The translations under genes and the position numbers were made by a program. From the human T2T-CHM13v2.0 reference genome, Homo sapiens, in assembly GCA_009914755.4 (NCBI GenBank), contig CP086569.2, positions 6,528,001-6,592,000 on the forward strand: 64,000 nucleotides of DNA. The letters are read 5' to 3'. Shown here piece after piece: positions 62,650 to 64,000 of the stretch (position 1 is its first letter; each line of letters begins with the position of its first letter). The notes under the pieces are model-generated. The model worked only from the letters and a program-made list of their open reading frames with translations, was not told where the DNA came from and ran no database searches.

Positions 62650-63930
62650 TTTAACACCATTTATTATCTCAAGGTTTGGAAGGCCAGAAGTCTGAAATGA
62701 GTCTTGCTCTGCTAAAATCGAGATTTCAGCAGGGCCATGACATTTCTGGAAGCTCTAGGGGAGAATTGGCATCCTTGCTTTTTCTGGCTCCTGGAGGCTG
62801 GCGATATTCCTGGGCTTGTGGCCCTTTCTTCCATCTGCAGAGGAGCTGCATAGCACCTCTTCAACTCTCTTTCCATAGGCACATATCACTCAGACTGTAG
62901 CTGAGAAGGCTATCCACTTTTATGGGCTCCTGTGATTACATTGGGCCCACCTGGAAGATCCATAATGTAGAGCTTCCTTGGTTCCTTCCAGTGGGTTCTT
63001 GGTCTCGCTGACTTCAAGAATGAAGCCATGTACCCTTGAGGTGAGTGTTAAGTTCTTAAAGATGATGTGTCCAGAGTTTGTTCCTTCAGATGTTCAGATG
63101 TGTCCAGCACTTCTTCCTTCCGGTGGGTTCGTGGTCTTGCTGACTTCAGGAGTGAAGATGCAGACCTTTGCAGAGAGTGTTACAGCTCTTAAAGCTGGCA
63201 CGTCCAGAGTTGTTTGTTCCTCCCTGTGGGTTCTTGGTCTCGCTGACCTCAGTAGTGAAGCTGCAGACCTTTGCTGTGAGTGTTACAGCTCATAAAGGTA
63301 GTGCAGACCCAAAGAGTGAGCAGCAGCAAGATTTACTGTGAAGGGCAGAAGAACAAAGCTGCCACAGCATGGAAGGGGACCCAAGTGGGTTGCCACTGCT
63401 GGCTCTGGTGGCCAGCTTTTATTCCCTGCCAACGTCCCGCTGATTGGTGCATTTTACAGAGTGCTGATTGGTCCGTTTTGCAGAATGCTGATTGGTGTGT
63501 TTTTACAGAGTGCTGATTGGTGCATTTACAAACCTTTAGCTAGACACAGAGCGCTGATTGGTGTGTTTTTACAGAGTGCTGATTGGTGTGTTTACAAACC
63601 TTTAGCTAGACACAGAGCGCTGATTGGTGCATTTTTACAGAGTGCTGATTGGTGTGTTTACAAACCTTTAGCTAGGCCCAGAGCGCTGATTGGGGCGTTT
63701 ACAATCCTCTAGCTAGATAAACAAGTTCTGCAAGTCCCCACCCTACCCAGAAGCCCAGCTGGCGTCACCACTCAATAATAACTCCCACATCTAAAGATCC
63801 TTAATGTAATCACACCTGTGAAGTCCCTTTTTCCATATAAGGAAATACATTTACATATCCCAGGGTTTGGGACATGGGGATCTTTGGGGGGCCATAATTC
63901 TGCCTATTACTTTGTCAGTCTTCAAGGAGA
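62650..63930. mobile_element. Ancient mammalian-wide interspersed repeat (probably an L1M-type 3' end) split by the LTR12 insertion (parts 62650-62974 and 63771-63930)
   Basis: Left: aaggtttggaaggccagaagtctgaaatgagtcttgctctgctaaaatcgagatttcagcagggccatgacatttctggaagctctagggg...cctgtgattacattgggcccacctgg. Right: ...atctaaagatccttaatgtaatcacacctgtgaagtccctttttccatataagg...cagggtttgggacatggggatctttggggggccataattctgcc. The two halves are contiguous in a repeat I recognise but cannot name with certainty. Confidence 0.4.
62975..63770 (+). mobile_element. LTR12-family solo LTR (~800 bp short form)
   Basis: 5' part: gtgggttcttggtctcgctgacttcaagaatgaagccatgtacccttgaggtgagtgttaag...gtgggttcgtggtcttgctgacttcaggagtgaagatgcagacc. 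Tandem block of gagtgctgattggtg(c/t)(a/g)ttt(t)acaaacctttagctagacacagagcgctgattggtg units (63430-63720, >=6 ATTGG motifs). Ends ...cccagctggcgtcacc. Plus ORFs 62978..63712 are LTR translations. Confidence 0.85.
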
Positions 63931-64000
63931 GACTTACTTCCTTTGCCTGCAAGATTTATAGGTTATTTAACATTTGTTTTTTTTGTCTCTTTTTTTTTTT

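Overview
This 64 kb window is primate (almost certainly human, or another catarrhine) nuclear DNA, not a prokaryotic locus. It contains no operons, rRNA or tRNA genes, CRISPR arrays, or bacterial promoter or terminator architecture. Well over half of the sequence is interspersed repeats.

Repeat content, by class:
- About 45 Alu SINE copies or fragments, many with A-tails and target-site duplications (TSDs).
- At least seven LINE-1 fragments of different ages. These include an odd head-to-head L1 pair at 3.2-7.9 kb and two ancient L1M-type 3' ends.
- A 5'-truncated gamma-like (class I) endogenous retrovirus on the plus strand at about 15.1-19.9 kb, with a gag capsid remnant, RNaseH-integrase, env SU with the CWLC motif, env TM, and a partial 3' LTR.
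- An ERVL-type pol fragment (RT, RNaseH/IN, dUTPase) on the minus strand at about 26.6-29.7 kb, interrupted by an Alu cluster.
- Two MaLR (THE1/MST-like) solo LTRs, one of them split by an Alu.
- Three LTR12 (ERV9-family) solo LTRs, at about 46.2 kb, 54.8 kb (minus strand) and 63.0 kb. Two are inserted inside Alus and one inside an ancient repeat. They carry tandem CCAAT-box (ATTGG) units.

The only likely functional, non-repeat locus is a roughly 2 kb CpG island at about 34.3-36.3 kb. It has a CCAAT/Y-box, GT splice donors (a canonical GTGAGT at 35311) and a well-formed 86-nt exon at 36415-36500 with AG/GT boundaries. This is consistent with the 5' end of a plus-strand gene that I cannot name from sequence alone. 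A perfect 64-65 bp tandem duplication lies about 150 bp upstream of the island.

Almost every ORF in the supplied six-frame track is a translation of a repeat (L1 ORF2, ERV pol/env, Alu, LTR12 GC-rich tail, microsatellites) or a stop-poor GC-rich artefact of the CpG island. I do not call any of them as genes.

The findings worth a second look are:
- the CpG-island promoter and its flanking perfect duplication;
- the structurally anomalous inverted L1 pair;
- the cluster of three NF-Y-motif-rich LTR12 solo LTRs;
- a long (TTTC/TTCC)n H-DNA-prone microsatellite derived from an Alu tail;
- a MaLR LTR with an unusually long flanking direct repeat.

All coordinates are approximate (within about 10 bp), because they were read by eye from the sequence.
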